Source of the DNA: an uncultured bacterium
GTDB taxonomy: Bacteria > Patescibacteriota > Gracilibacteria > UBA1369 > PNNO01
Assembly: GCA_963704705.1 (NCBI GenBank)
Contig: OY969931.1
Span: 1,230,001 to 1,262,000 of the forward strand
Reading direction: 5' to 3'
DNA length: 32,000 nt
Positions 8,006 to 16,910 of the stretch are shown in pieces. Position 1 is the stretch's first letter. Every line of letters begins with the position of its first letter. The notes under the pieces were generated by a model, which saw only the letters and a program-made list of their open reading frames with translations, was not told the origin of the DNA and did no database searches. The position numbers were made by a program, and so were the translations under genes.

Positions 8006-11000
8006 CTATTTCTTTTTATTCATTTTTATATATCCAAATCCAACTATGCCAACCACGATTACACCCAATAATACCCAGAACCACCATGATAATCCTTGTG
8101 ATTCTCCAGATAAAGGAGCTTCATGAGTTATTACAACCTTCTGCTCAACAACATCAAAATTAACAACTACATCTTTACTGATGGCCTGGTCTGATTCGCG
8201 TATAGAATAGACAGTAACTTTATGGGTACCCAAAGGCATTTCAGTAGGTGACGGGATGCTGAATTCACCACCGGCAAGATCCGCAACTATAGATGAAACA
8301 CCAAGCACACTCTGCCATGTTGCAACCACTTTATTTTTATGAGCGGTTCGGCCGTATAAAACAGGCTTATTATCATCAATTTCAACATTCAAATTCTCAA
8401 GTAAAACTTCGTCAGTAATTAATTTTGTTCCAAGACGTTCTGGCTGCGGCTGTCCGACATCGATTGTCGAATCCAATTTTACAGATATCAAAGGCGAATC
8501 AAGAACTGTGTTATTTTCAGGATCCATTGCTTTTGCCATTAAATAAAATTCTCCGTCCTGCAGCTCAAATTGGGACTTAAATATAAATACATTTTTTTCA
8601 TCGGTAGTTGTTTTGCCGAGTAATAATTCATGACCAAATTCATTTTTCATTATCAGTAAAATTTCCATATTCGGTTTTGGAGCAACACCCTGAATTGTAG
8701 GAAATTTATCAGTTATTATCATTCCTTCTTTAATATTTGTTATTCGAACCCCAATTTCCGAAAGATTAGTTTGCATAAGCGGATCTGTTCCATATAGCAG
8801 AACTTCTTCGGCATCTGTAAGCCCATCGCCGTCTGTATCAGGATTCAAAGGATTTGTTTTATTTCTATATTCAAGAATATCTGAAAGCCCGTCACCATCT
8901 GTATCAATTGTTCCGTCTGCAGGGCTTATTTGATATTTAGCTTCCCAGTCATCGGAGATACCGTTTGAATTTAAATCAATTGGCTTGCTGTCAGGGTTGT
9001 TTGGATCTGTTCCATACGAAACTTCAAGTCCGTCCGGCACGCCATCACCATCAGTATCAGGATTTAGCGGGTTTGTTTTATAAATCTTAATCTCATCGCC
9101 ATCATTAATGAAATCAAAATCAGAATCAACAATTAGAGGATTTGTTTTAAAAATGTTAATTTCTTCACCGTCATTTAAATTATCTTTATCAGTATCTTCA
9201 GCTTCAAAATCAGTTAAATAAATATTTTTTTCATCATTATCAGTTATTGAATCCTGATCGAAATCTTGCATTGATTTTCCTGCAATATCATTTTCATAGT
9301 AATAGTTTTTGTATTTGGAAATCATGCCATCCAGCCAATCAGGGGAACATGTTTCAAGCGGTCCGAAATTACCTTCCGGATCGCATTGCAACAAGCCTAA
9401 TTCGCATGCATAGTTATGATATCTGATATGCCACCATTCATTAATATCAGCTGCATATCTCATTATATTAATTAAATTTTGATTCCCTCCTATTTGAGCA
9501 ATAAACTCTTCGTAATACTCCCAATTTTGTCCAATCACCCAATTTAACAATTTAAGAATTTCTATTCTATTCATATTTTCATAAGGTCTGAAAGGACTTT
9601 CAGGTTCGTCATAATAACCCTGAACCATGGCTTGTCGTGTGCCAAAATTAATTGCTGCAACAAGCATTGGAGGAAGCGGGTTTGAGTCGCTTATTGTATC
9701 AGCTTCTTTGATTGGAAGCGGATTTGAATCGCTCACAGTATCAGCTTCGTCAGCAGAATGCATTGGAGGAAGCGGATTTGAATCACCAACCAAATCTTCA
9801 GTACTAATCACATCAGGATAATATGACTGTTGAGTTACGTCATAACTTGAATGAATAATAAATGGAAGCAGACAATATTCCAGGTTTGCCAGACATTTCT
9901 CATCTTTTGCTTTTAATGATTCATATAAATTAAATTCCTTTAAAATTCGATCTGTGACGTCTGCCCTTGTGCAACCTTCTATTGCACCTTCAGGATAAAC
10001 CGATGTTGTTTCTTGTTCTGGAGCAGAAGGTCTTTTTACCGGAACTTTTATTCTTTCACCCGGTCCTTCGGTAGGAGGAAGTACAGGGACCTGCGATTCA
10101 ACTACTTCTACTGGTTCCTGGACAGGTTCAGGTTCAGGTGCTGGTTCTGGTTCTGTTGTTGGTTCCTGAACTGGCTCCTGAGCTGGAGGCTGCTCTTCAG
10201 TAACCTGTTCTTCAACAGGTTCTTGCGAAGGTTTTGGGAAATATCCGGGTTTAAAACTTCCGGCTCCTCCGCCGCCTCCTCCGCTTGGATTAACCGGTGT
10301 CGCAGGCGGATTAGTTGTAAATTTGTATTGATCATTGTAATCGCCATGCGTCCACAATCCCGGAGGATTAGTAATAAAACGCAATCTGATATAATAAGTT
10401 GTTCCCGGGATTAATGCAGAAAGGGCAGTGCCATCTTCGTTATATCTAATGTCCTTGGTTCTGTCGTTTGGTAAAACATCAGTCCCGTCAGCTTTAGTAA
10501 GATTAATTTTTTCATAATCCCAAATTGGAGAACTAAAATCCGCATCATTATCAATCTGCACCTGAAGTTTTTCAATTGCTGAAAAATCAACCGGGTTTCT
10601 ATAAACTACACTGAATACCGGATTTTCCGCAGCAATAACCAACGGACTGTTTTCAACACCATCAGCTACCTGGTAACCGGGTTCCGACTCTGGATTAACA
10701 GTCTGCGCATTGCTCGCTGCCATATATAAAGTGTCCGGCTTATCGCCGAATTGGTAATCCGCACAATTAAGAACATTGAAAGTGATTGTACCGTCTGTTT
10801 CATAACAAACAACAGGTGGAGTGCCAGGGTCAGCTTCCCAAGTAATTTTACCGCCACCCAATACTTCAATTCTATCAAATACAATATCTCCGGCGTTTGG
10901 AATATATGTTTGCTCTAAAGTAGTTAAGCTGTTTTGATCAACAATCAAACTACCGTTTGGATTATTAACATCACCCAAATAAACAAGTGTTCCTGCTGCT

Positions 11001-13663
11001 GCACTATCTCCATCAACTGAATTATTACCCGGATAAACTTCGACTGTTCCGCTGAAATCATAACTTCCCATATCAGGGTAATCGATTAAAGGTGATTCAA
11101 TAACCACACGCCCACCAGCTGCAACCGGTACTCCTGTAATGGTTGCACCTCCGCCATTTGCTGAAATAACTCCGCTGCCATTAAATATTGCGCTTGGATC
11201 AGTTGGTTCATGTACTAAAATTACAGTACCGCCTGAACCTGAACCGCCGGCCGCATTTGTTGATTGGCCTCCGTTTGCGCTTATTTGGCCATCAATTGTT
11301 ATATCGCCTGTTGCGTGAATTCTTACGCCTCCGCCGCCTTTTGCATCAATTGGACCACCGGTTGTTCCTGCCTCCCCATAAGTAGGAATATTTGTTTCAT
11401 CCATTTTTGCCTGTCCGTAAACATTTGCAATTGGTCTTCCTTCGCCAGTGCCGCCGTAAGATCCCGGACCTGCTCCCGCTAATAAACCTAAGTATGAACT
11501 AACTGCATCAGAAGCGATTTTACCTCCTGTATTAACAATTAAATTTTCAACATTTAATAAAAAATTTGTTGTTAAGGATACTTCATCATCACCGCTTGAG
11601 CTTATCAAACCTCCGTTATTTACAGTTAAATTACCTGCATTCAAAGTTCCGTCCAGTTCATAAAATCCATCAACAATTGTGTCAGAACCTTCAACTGTTA
11701 CAACGGAATCAAGGCCCTGATGCATTTCGCCTCCGGCCTCAACATGTAACAAATTAACAGCATCCAGACGATTATTAATTTCAACATTTCCATCAACTAT
11801 TACTTCTGTCTCAGAATCTATACCTTCAGTTAAAGGGTCATCACTGTTATCAATCAAACCATATGGTGCAGTACCTGACACTCTAAAAGTGCCATCCGCA
11901 TCATCATAATTTATAAATCCATCAGGTCCTACAACTATGGTCGCATTTGTATCATTTAATGCAAATTCAGTAGGCTGTGCAGGGAAATTGGCAACATTTA
12001 AAGTTCCATCTAACATCAAAGCAATTTCACCACCTGGTGAAGCGCCAGTTCCAAGATATATCGAATACCATATTCCGCCACCAGTATCTATTGCGCCATT
12101 AATATTAACAACAACTCCTGCTGCAATATTTATTGCTCCTCCATATGTGGGTTGGGCATCATTAATAGCAATAAAATTAAAATCGTAGCTGTCACTAGTG
12201 TCATCAAGGTTTATTGAAGCTGATCCATCAACATGTCCTGGGGATACCATTAACGCATTTCCGTCTATTTGACCTGATGCATAAATTTGGCCGTAACCTT
12301 CTGCAATAGCCAAATTAGATACTGTTAATTGTGCTCCTGCATTAATATTACCTCTTCCTCCTCTGTTATTGCTTTGATTACCTACTGAAAAATTGGTTAA
12401 AGTAGTAGTTGAACCATTTTCAGCATTAAAGATTACACCTGGAGTAGAATCTGTTGATTTTATTTCAAGAGCTGCAACTTCAATATTTCCTTCCTGATTT
12501 ATTACAACACCTAAACCATCCGAGCTTATTTCACTGCTTGGACCACCTAAGATATCGGCACCGGAAGCATTGTTAATTGTTGAAGTACTTTCCGCGCGCA
12601 AAGCTCCGTCTCTAATATTTATTGAAGCTCCAGTGTTATTATCTAATATTGAATCGTTAAGTAAATTAATGCTAATTTCACAATTAGGTAATATTGAATT
12701 GCCGTTAGCCACATCAACTTTATCAATTGTTCCGTTATTAATTATTTGGCCGGATTTCCCGATATAGCCAACTTCAATATCATCAGCACTTAATACAGCT
12801 CCTGAAGCAATATCAATTTTTGTATCAGTTGGTCCGGTTGAACTTTCCATTCTTATAAATCCACCCAATGGAGAAGCTGAACACGCTAATTCGTTCATTA
12901 CAAATCTTCCCCCGTTTAAATCAAGTGTTGAGTAATCGTATAGGTACAATGCATTGGTTCCTGCATCAACAACTCCAACATTTTGAAATAAAGAAGGGTT
13001 TCCAACAGTTCCTACTAAAATCATTCTCGCGTCATAACTAAAGCTCACCACTCCCAAATCAGAGTTATTATTTTGAATGGTTCCTTCATAAATAAGTACA
13101 GATTCATCTTCGATTCCAGGTGAATAAGTAACAGTTGTTACCCCGTTATTTTCGTATGTTCCGCCATCATGTGTCTGATCCCCTACATATAATTTATATG
13201 TAGTTAAAGTTCCGTTATTTTTCACACTACTTGTATCGTCATATACATCTAAGGTTTGACTAACATCGACAGTCCCGTCATTTGTCACGGCTCCTCCGTT
13301 CTGAACGATAAAATTACTGGCTGCAGTAAGATTCAATGAACTGTCACTATCAATATTCAAATCACCTTCAATTGTTATTCCGGTAGTATTTACAGTTAAA
13401 TCTCCGCCTGTCCCGGCTCCGTCACCTATTTCCAAAGTTCCGCCAGTATCTACCGTTATGCTAGAAGCTGTGCCGGTGCCGGTTAAAGTACAAGTATTGC
13501 CTACAGTTACTGTCAAATCGCTTCCTTCGCCAGCACTCCAGCTGCACCCGCCTGCCCAGGCAGCAAAGGTATAAAATGGCAAAGTTGTCGCAACCACGAA
13601 TGCCAGAGTAGCGATTACCGCAGCATTTAGCACTAAAAAGAAAGGTTTTTTTATTTTTTTCAT
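8006..13663 (-). CDS. Giant cell-surface protein: signal peptide, beta-solenoid repeats, Gly-rich region, Pro/Glu linker, thrombospondin type-3 repeats, Ig-like domains, C-terminal TM anchor
   Basis: Track ORF extends to a GTG at 13690, but ATG at 13661-13663 fits the signal peptide MKKIKKPFFLVLNAAVIATLAFVVATTLPFYTFAA. NGG-rich solenoid (GGTLEIGDGAGTGGDLTV, GGAVTNDGTVDVSQTLDV); PEPAPEPEPVQEP linker; DTDGDGVPDGLEVSYGTDPNNPDS / DTDGDGLSDILEYRNKTNPLNPDTDGDGLTDAEEVLLYGTDPL; C-terminus WWFWVLLGVIVVGIVGFGYIKMNKKK. Confidence 0.9.
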   Translation of the reverse strand: MKKIKKPFFLVLNAAVIATLAFVVATTLPFYTFAAWAGGCSWSAGEGSDLTVTVGNTCTLTGTGTASSITVDTGGTLEIGDGAGTGGDLTVNTTGITIEGDLNIDSDSSLNLTAASNFIVQNGGAVTNDGTVDVSQTLDVYDDTSSVKNNGTLTTYKLYVGDQTHDGGTYENNGVTTVTYSPGIEDESVLIYEGTIQNNNSDLGVVSFSYDARMILVGTVGNPSLFQNVGVVDAGTNALYLYDYSTLDLNGGRFVMNELACSASPLGGFIRMESSTGPTDTKIDIASGAVLSADDIEVGYIGKSGQIINNGTIDKVDVANGNSILPNCEISINLLNDSILDNNTGASINIRDGALRAESTSTINNASGADILGGPSSEISSDGLGVVINQEGNIEVAALEIKSTDSTPGVIFNAENGSTTTLTNFSVGNQSNNRGGRGNINAGAQLTVSNLAIAEGYGQIYASGQIDGNALMVSPGHVDGSASINLDDTSDSYDFNFIAINDAQPTYGGAINIAAGVVVNINGAIDTGGGIWYSIYLGTGASPGGEIALMLDGTLNVANFPAQPTEFALNDTNATIVVGPDGFINYDDADGTFRVSGTAPYGLIDNSDDPLTEGIDSETEVIVDGNVEINNRLDAVNLLHVEAGGEMHQGLDSVVTVEGSDTIVDGFYELDGTLNAGNLTVNNGGLISSSGDDEVSLTTNFLLNVENLIVNTGGKIASDAVSSYLGLLAGAGPGSYGGTGEGRPIANVYGQAKMDETNIPTYGEAGTTGGPIDAKGGGGVRIHATGDITIDGQISANGGQSTNAAGGSGSGGTVILVHEPTDPSAIFNGSGVISANGGGATITGVPVAAGGRVVIESPLIDYPDMGSYDFSGTVEVYPGNNSVDGDSAAAGTLVYLGDVNNPNGSLIVDQNSLTTLEQTYIPNAGDIVFDRIEVLGGGKITWEADPGTPPVVCYETDGTITFNVLNCADYQFGDKPDTLYMAASNAQTVNPESEPGYQVADGVENSPLVIAAENPVFSVVYRNPVDFSAIEKLQVQIDNDADFSSPIWDYEKINLTKADGTDVLPNDRTKDIRYNEDGTALSALIPGTTYYIRLRFITNPPGLWTHGDYNDQYKFTTNPPATPVNPSGGGGGGAGSFKPGYFPKPSQEPVEEQVTEEQPPAQEPVQEPTTEPEPAPEPEPVQEPVEVVESQVPVLPPTEGPGERIKVPVKRPSAPEQETTSVYPEGAIEGCTRADVTDRILKEFNLYESLKAKDEKCLANLEYCLLPFIIHSSYDVTQQSYYPDVISTEDLVGDSNPLPPMHSADEADTVSDSNPLPIKEADTISDSNPLPPMLVAAINFGTRQAMVQGYYDEPESPFRPYENMNRIEILKLLNWVIGQNWEYYEEFIAQIGGNQNLINIMRYAADINEWWHIRYHNYACELGLLQCDPEGNFGPLETCSPDWLDGMISKYKNYYYENDIAGKSMQDFDQDSITDNDEKNIYLTDFEAEDTDKDNLNDGEEINIFKTNPLIVDSDFDFINDGDEIKIYKTNPLNPDTDGDGVPDGLEVSYGTDPNNPDSKPIDLNSNGISDDWEAKYQISPADGTIDTDGDGLSDILEYRNKTNPLNPDTDGDGLTDAEEVLLYGTDPLMQTNLSEIGVRITNIKEGMIITDKFPTIQGVAPKPNMEILLIMKNEFGHELLLGKTTTDEKNVFIFKSQFELQDGEFYLMAKAMDPENNTVLDSPLISVKLDSTIDVGQPQPERLGTKLITDEVLLENLNVEIDDNKPVLYGRTAHKNKVVATWQSVLGVSSIVADLAGGEFSIPSPTEMPLGTHKVTVYSIRESDQAISKDVVVNFDVVEQKVVITHEAPLSGESQGLSWWFWVLLGVIVVGIVGFGYIKMNKKK
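8760..9250 (-). repeat. Thrombospondin type-3-like calcium-binding repeats inside the surface protein
   Basis: Successive D-x-D-x-D-G-x-x-D motifs: DFDQDSITDNDEKNIYLTD, DTDKDNLNDGEEINIFKTNPL, DSDFDFINDGDEIKIYKTNPLNP, DTDGDGVPDGLEVSYGTDPNNP, DTDGDGLSDILEYRNKTNPLNP, DTDGDGLTDAEEVLLYGTDPL. Confidence 0.88.
9665..9800 (-). repeat. Short imperfect tandem repeat in the surface protein gene (unit ~A-D-T-I-S-D-S-N-P-L-P)
   Basis: Protein VGDSNPLPPMHSADEADTVSDSNPLPIKEADTISDSNPLPPML; on DNA, (ggaagcgg)(a/g)tttgaatcgct...gtatcagctt recurs. Confidence 0.75.
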
Positions 13664-13695
13664 GGATTTTTTGTTTATATTTATTTTCACTAAAT

Positions 13696-13718
13696 ATTAT
13701 ACCATAAAATGGTATAAT
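13696..13718. promoter_or_regulatory. Perfect 10-bp inverted repeat containing the TATAAT of the surface-protein promoter
   Basis: ATTATACCAT-AAA-ATGGTATAAT at 13696-13718. On the minus strand TATAAT (13696-13701) lies about 33 nt before the ATG at 13663. Confidence 0.55.
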
Positions 13719-13754
13719 TGGCTAGAGCAAGGTTTCTTTGTAATTCAAAATAAA

Positions 13755-13797
13755 CTATATGCAAATTACTAGCTTTATTCTAGCAATTTGCGTATAG
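13755..13797 (-). terminator. Strong stem-loop, probable intrinsic terminator after the DUF192 gene
   Basis: CTATATGCAAATTACTAG-CTTTATT-CTAGCAATTTGCGTATAG: 18-position stem with one wobble and one mismatch, 7-nt loop. On the minus strand it is followed by TTTATTTTG and begins just past the stop at 13803. Confidence 0.7.
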
Positions 13798-13802
13798 AGC
13801 TT

Positions 13803-14258
13803 TTAATTATAATCCACTCTGTCTCCTCTTTTCAAAGCAATCTCACTGATTTTGCCTGCATTAAGCTCAATAATGAATTTAGCAGGTCCCTGGGGCATAT
13901 AATGAGGACATGGATCAGCTTTACATGGGGGTACATCAGTAAAATAATCAATCACCTCTAAATCATCATCCAAAAACACCATATCCAAAGGAATAAGTGT
14001 GTTTTTCATCCAAAATGCAACTCTTTGCTCCTCGGGATACACAAAAATCATACCTTTATCATCATCGAGAGATTCCCTGTGCATCAAGCCAAGCTGACGT
14101 TCATCTGAGTCATCCGCAACCTCAACATAGAACTTGTGATCACCGGTATCTGTTTTAAAAACAACTTCTTTTAAACCATCAGCATTACCTTCTCCAAACC
14201 AGGAACAGCCTGTTACTAAAAATGTAAAAACAAACAAAATCGCAATTATTTTTTTCAT
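13803..14258 (-). CDS. DUF192 family lipoprotein
   Basis: ATG at 14256-14258 gives the lipobox signal peptide MKKIIAILFVFTFLVTGCSWFG, then FYVEVADDSDERQLGLMHRESLDDDKGMIFVYPEEQRVAFWMKNTLIPLDMVFLDDDLEVIDYFTDVPPC...QGPAKFIIELNAG, the DUF192 signature. The longer track start (14369) overlaps the upstream lepB heavily. Confidence 0.92.
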   Translation of the reverse strand: MKKIIAILFVFTFLVTGCSWFGEGNADGLKEVVFKTDTGDHKFYVEVADDSDERQLGLMHRESLDDDKGMIFVYPEEQRVAFWMKNTLIPLDMVFLDDDLEVIDYFTDVPPCKADPCPHYMPQGPAKFIIELNAGKISEIALKRGDRVDYN

Positions 14259-14268
14259 ATTTTTTAGG

Positions 14269-14739
14269 TTAATTAACATCAAAATAGTACTTGCCGATAA
14301 TATTTTCACGCGGTACAAAAGGATCATTCCATGTTCTCGAATCAAAACTGTTTTTTCTGTTATCGCCAAGCATAAAATATTTTCCTTCAGGTATCTGATA
14401 AGTTATTCCGTCATATTCACGCATATTTAAATCTTCCTGATCGCTGAATTGTCCAAGATACGGTTCTTTCAGTTCTTCTCCGTTAATATAAACTTTGCGT
14501 TCACGAATAACCACTTCTTCGCCCGGCAATCCAATTATTCTTTTAACAAAAACTTTATCAGGTTCATCAGTACCGTAAAAAACAACCTCATCTCCCCGCA
14601 TCGGGTCTTCAACCGTATAAGTTAATCCTTCAAACATAATTGTATCGCCATCAGAAAAAGTAGGTTCCATTGAATTGCCCTGAATATTAAAAGGTGACAT
14701 AAAGAAAACCGCAAATACACCAATTAAAAACGATTTCAT
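14269..14739 (-). CDS. lepB: Signal peptidase I
   Basis: 156 aa: FNIQGNSMEPTFSDGDTIMFEG (catalytic Ser), RGDEVVFYG...VFVKRIIGLPGEEV (catalytic Lys), YFMLGDNRKNSFDSRTWNDPFVPRENIIGKYYF. Confidence 0.95.
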   Translation of the reverse strand: MKSFLIGVFAVFFMSPFNIQGNSMEPTFSDGDTIMFEGLTYTVEDPMRGDEVVFYGTDEPDKVFVKRIIGLPGEEVVIRERKVYINGEELKEPYLGQFSDQEDLNMREYDGITYQIPEGKYFMLGDNRKNSFDSRTWNDPFVPRENIIGKYYFDVN

Positions 14740-15599
14740 TATTTTTGGCTGGTTAAAAATTTTAATCTTTCTTCCAAGGATTTTACTGCTTCTCCCATTT
14801 CCTGATCGCTGAATGCGGCTTTATGATAACCTGTACTTCTTTCAGCAAATTCAACTCCTTTCCCCTTTATAGTATTGCAAACAATGCAATTTGGTTTTCG
14901 TGAAGCATAGTAAACTTTATCGATTGCACTAAACAATTCTTCATAATCATGACCGTTTCGAACCTTAACAACGCGCCATCCAAAAGCCTCAAATTTTTCA
15001 ACAATCGGCTCAACATTCATAATACTTCGTGTGAATCCATCAGCCTGCAATTCGTTATTGTCGATTAAAATATGTAAATTGTCGAGCTTGTGATGGGCAG
15101 CTGACATTGCTGTTTCCCAAACCACGCCTTCCTGAAGTTCACCATCACCCAAAACCGAAAAAACTTTGTTGGATTTTTTATCCAGTTTAAGCGACATTGC
15201 AATTCCATGCGCAGCAGCAAATCCATGTCCGTGAGAACCGCTTGTAACCGGCACTCCCGGAATTTTTTGATGCGGATGCCCCTGAAGCATAGCATTTAGC
15301 TGGTGTAAATAATTAAGTTCGTCTTCATCAAAAAAACCTTTGTCAGCAAGGATTGAATAAAGTGCAGGAGCAGCATGCCCCTTTGATAAAACAAAATAGT
15401 CCTGATCTTCCCAGCCCGGTTTTTTAGGATCGATTCTTAAAATAGGTCTGTTCTCAATTCTGCCGTAAAAAAGCGTAACAAGAATATCCATAACAGACAA
15501 ACTGCCGCCAGTATGCCCGGTTTTTGCCTTATGAATCGCATTAATTGTTTTAAGCCTTAGTTGAGTAGCCTTTTTTTCGAGTTCAATTGGGTCAATCAT
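14739..15599 (-). CDS. Transketolase, N-terminal (TPP-binding) subunit
   Basis: 286 aa: INAIHKAKTGHTGGSLSVMDILVTLFYGRI...DYFVLSKGHAAPALYSILADKG...GVPVTSGSHGHGFAAAHGIAMSLKLDKKSNKVFSVLGDGELQEGVVWETAMSAAHHKLDNLHILIDNNELQADG. Confidence 0.95.
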   Translation of the reverse strand: MIDPIELEKKATQLRLKTINAIHKAKTGHTGGSLSVMDILVTLFYGRIENRPILRIDPKKPGWEDQDYFVLSKGHAAPALYSILADKGFFDEDELNYLHQLNAMLQGHPHQKIPGVPVTSGSHGHGFAAAHGIAMSLKLDKKSNKVFSVLGDGELQEGVVWETAMSAAHHKLDNLHILIDNNELQADGFTRSIMNVEPIVEKFEAFGWRVVKVRNGHDYEELFSAIDKVYYASRKPNCIVCNTIKGKGVEFAERSTGYHKAAFSDQEMGEAVKSLEERLKFLTSQK

Positions 15600-15608
15600 G
15601 CCTCTAAT

Positions 15609-16037
15609 TTATAGATATTTGACACGTTCTGCAATATCATTTAAAGGTTTTAGAACGAATTCCCGCAAATGCATGCGCGGATGCGGGATTTTAAGCTGCC
15701 TTGTATTAATTTGCAGGTCTTCATATAAAAGAATGTCTATGTCGATAATTCGGGGTTTTTCATAGCCCGCGCGCTTCGCAGAAGCGCGTATTCTGCCCAT
15801 TTGCCTCTCTATAAGCTGGCATATCTTTAATAATTTTTGCGGACTGTGCTTAGTATGAACCTTAATGCACATATTTAAGAATTTGCCTTGTTTAATACGC
15901 GAAACCGCATTTGTTTCGTAAATTTTCGAAGTTTTTTTTATGTGGACTCCGCATTCTTCAAGAAGTTGTTGTGCCTTTTTTAAATTGTTTGGGCGATTTC
16001 CCAGATTCGATCCCAAAGAAAGATATGCAGTAAACAT
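15609..16037 (-). CDS. folK: 2-amino-4-hydroxy-6-hydroxymethyldihydropteridine pyrophosphokinase (HPPK)
   Basis: AYLSLGSNLGNRPNNLKKA...IYETNAV...FLNMCIKVHT...QLIERQMGR...YEKPRIIDIDILLYEDLQINTRQLKIPHPRMHLREFVLKPLNDI. Confidence 0.95.
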   Translation of the reverse strand: MFTAYLSLGSNLGNRPNNLKKAQQLLEECGVHIKKTSKIYETNAVSRIKQGKFLNMCIKVHTKHSPQKLLKICQLIERQMGRIRASAKRAGYEKPRIIDIDILLYEDLQINTRQLKIPHPRMHLREFVLKPLNDIAERVKYL

Positions 16038-16579
16038 TAAAATTTAAGATTATTTAACTCAATATCAGAATATTTTTCTTTGAGTAATCCATTGATTGTA
16101 TGTGAAGATCTTTCGTTATCTTTAAGTCCCAGTTTTTCTATCATTTCTTCAATCTTATCCTGATTTTCAGCCTCAATCTCCATAAACGGCGGAATCTTTG
16201 GATATTCATCAATTACTATTTCAGCATTATCAAGCTTAAAAACAGCCCTCTTCTTTTCAAAATAAGTTGTGACAACAAAACCGAGCTCCTCGAACATTTT
16301 TGTTGTTTCTTCAAAATCCTCGGCTTTAACATTTTGCTCATCAAAAATCTTTAAACCGTTTTCAATTCTCTTATTTGATTTATGGGTAACTTCGACTTTT
16401 TTCCCTTCATATTCGCGAACCCTCAAAAGCTCTCCGCGCTTTCGAATTTCATGATCAGGCGTATCAAAATAACGAACACGCAATAAGCCATCGAAAGTTT
16501 TTTCAGCCCCAAGATCAGCAAGCTTTTTTCGTATATCTTCCGGATCAATCCCCAAAATTTTAACTTCAATTTCCTTCAT
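16037..16579 (-). CDS. CYTH domain protein (class IV adenylyl cyclase / thiamine-triphosphatase-like)
   Basis: 180 aa: EIEVKILGIDPEDIRKKLADLGAEKTFDGLLRVRYFDTPDHEIRKRGELLRVREYEGKKVEVTHKSN...FEETTKMFEELGFVVTTYFEKKRAVFKLDNAEIVIDEYPKIPPFMEIEA: ExExK and the later tunnel motifs of CYTH proteins. Confidence 0.9.
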   Translation of the reverse strand: MKEIEVKILGIDPEDIRKKLADLGAEKTFDGLLRVRYFDTPDHEIRKRGELLRVREYEGKKVEVTHKSNKRIENGLKIFDEQNVKAEDFEETTKMFEELGFVVTTYFEKKRAVFKLDNAEIVIDEYPKIPPFMEIEAENQDKIEEMIEKLGLKDNERSSHTINGLLKEKYSDIELNNLKF

Positions 16580-16910
16580 AAGTTACGTACGAATTAGGTG
16601 TTTCATAAATTTTAATCTGCTTTAAAGCAACTTCGTCTTTTAGCTGGTCCCAGGCCCACATAGCAATAAATTCAGCGGATGGATTTTTAATAACATCATT
16701 AATCAGCTTATGATCAAGCTTATCAACGACCTTTTTATTCACAATTTCCTTTAACTTTTTAAAATCAAGAATCATGCCATCTTCAGCATTTGGCTCACCC
16801 TCAATGGTTACCTCCATTTTATAAGTGTGGCCGTGCATGTCTTCACACTTCCCGTGATAATTAGGGAGAAAGTGCGCTGAGTCGAATGTAAATATTTTAG
16901 TTAATTGCAT
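16566..16910 (-). CDS. 6-pyruvoyl-tetrahydropterin synthase / 6-carboxytetrahydropterin synthase family protein, with CE-x2-HGH motif
   Basis: 114 aa: IFTFDSAHFLPNYHGKCEDMHGHTYKMEVTIEGEPNAEDGMILDFKKLKEIVNKKVVDKLDHKLIND...PSAEFIAMWAWDQLK...IKIYETPNSYVTYEG. Ends with a TGA stop. Confidence 0.93.
   Translation of the reverse strand: MQLTKIFTFDSAHFLPNYHGKCEDMHGHTYKMEVTIEGEPNAEDGMILDFKKLKEIVNKKVVDKLDHKLINDVIKNPSAEFIAMWAWDQLKDEVALKQIKIYETPNSYVTYEGN

Noticed and set aside
9627-12767. Plus-strand ORFs inside the giant surface gene (9627..9821, 10013..10414, 11264..11482, 11937..12188, 12570..12767)
   Set aside because: Mirror images of repetitive, Pro/Glu- and Gly-rich coding sequence; compositional artefacts.
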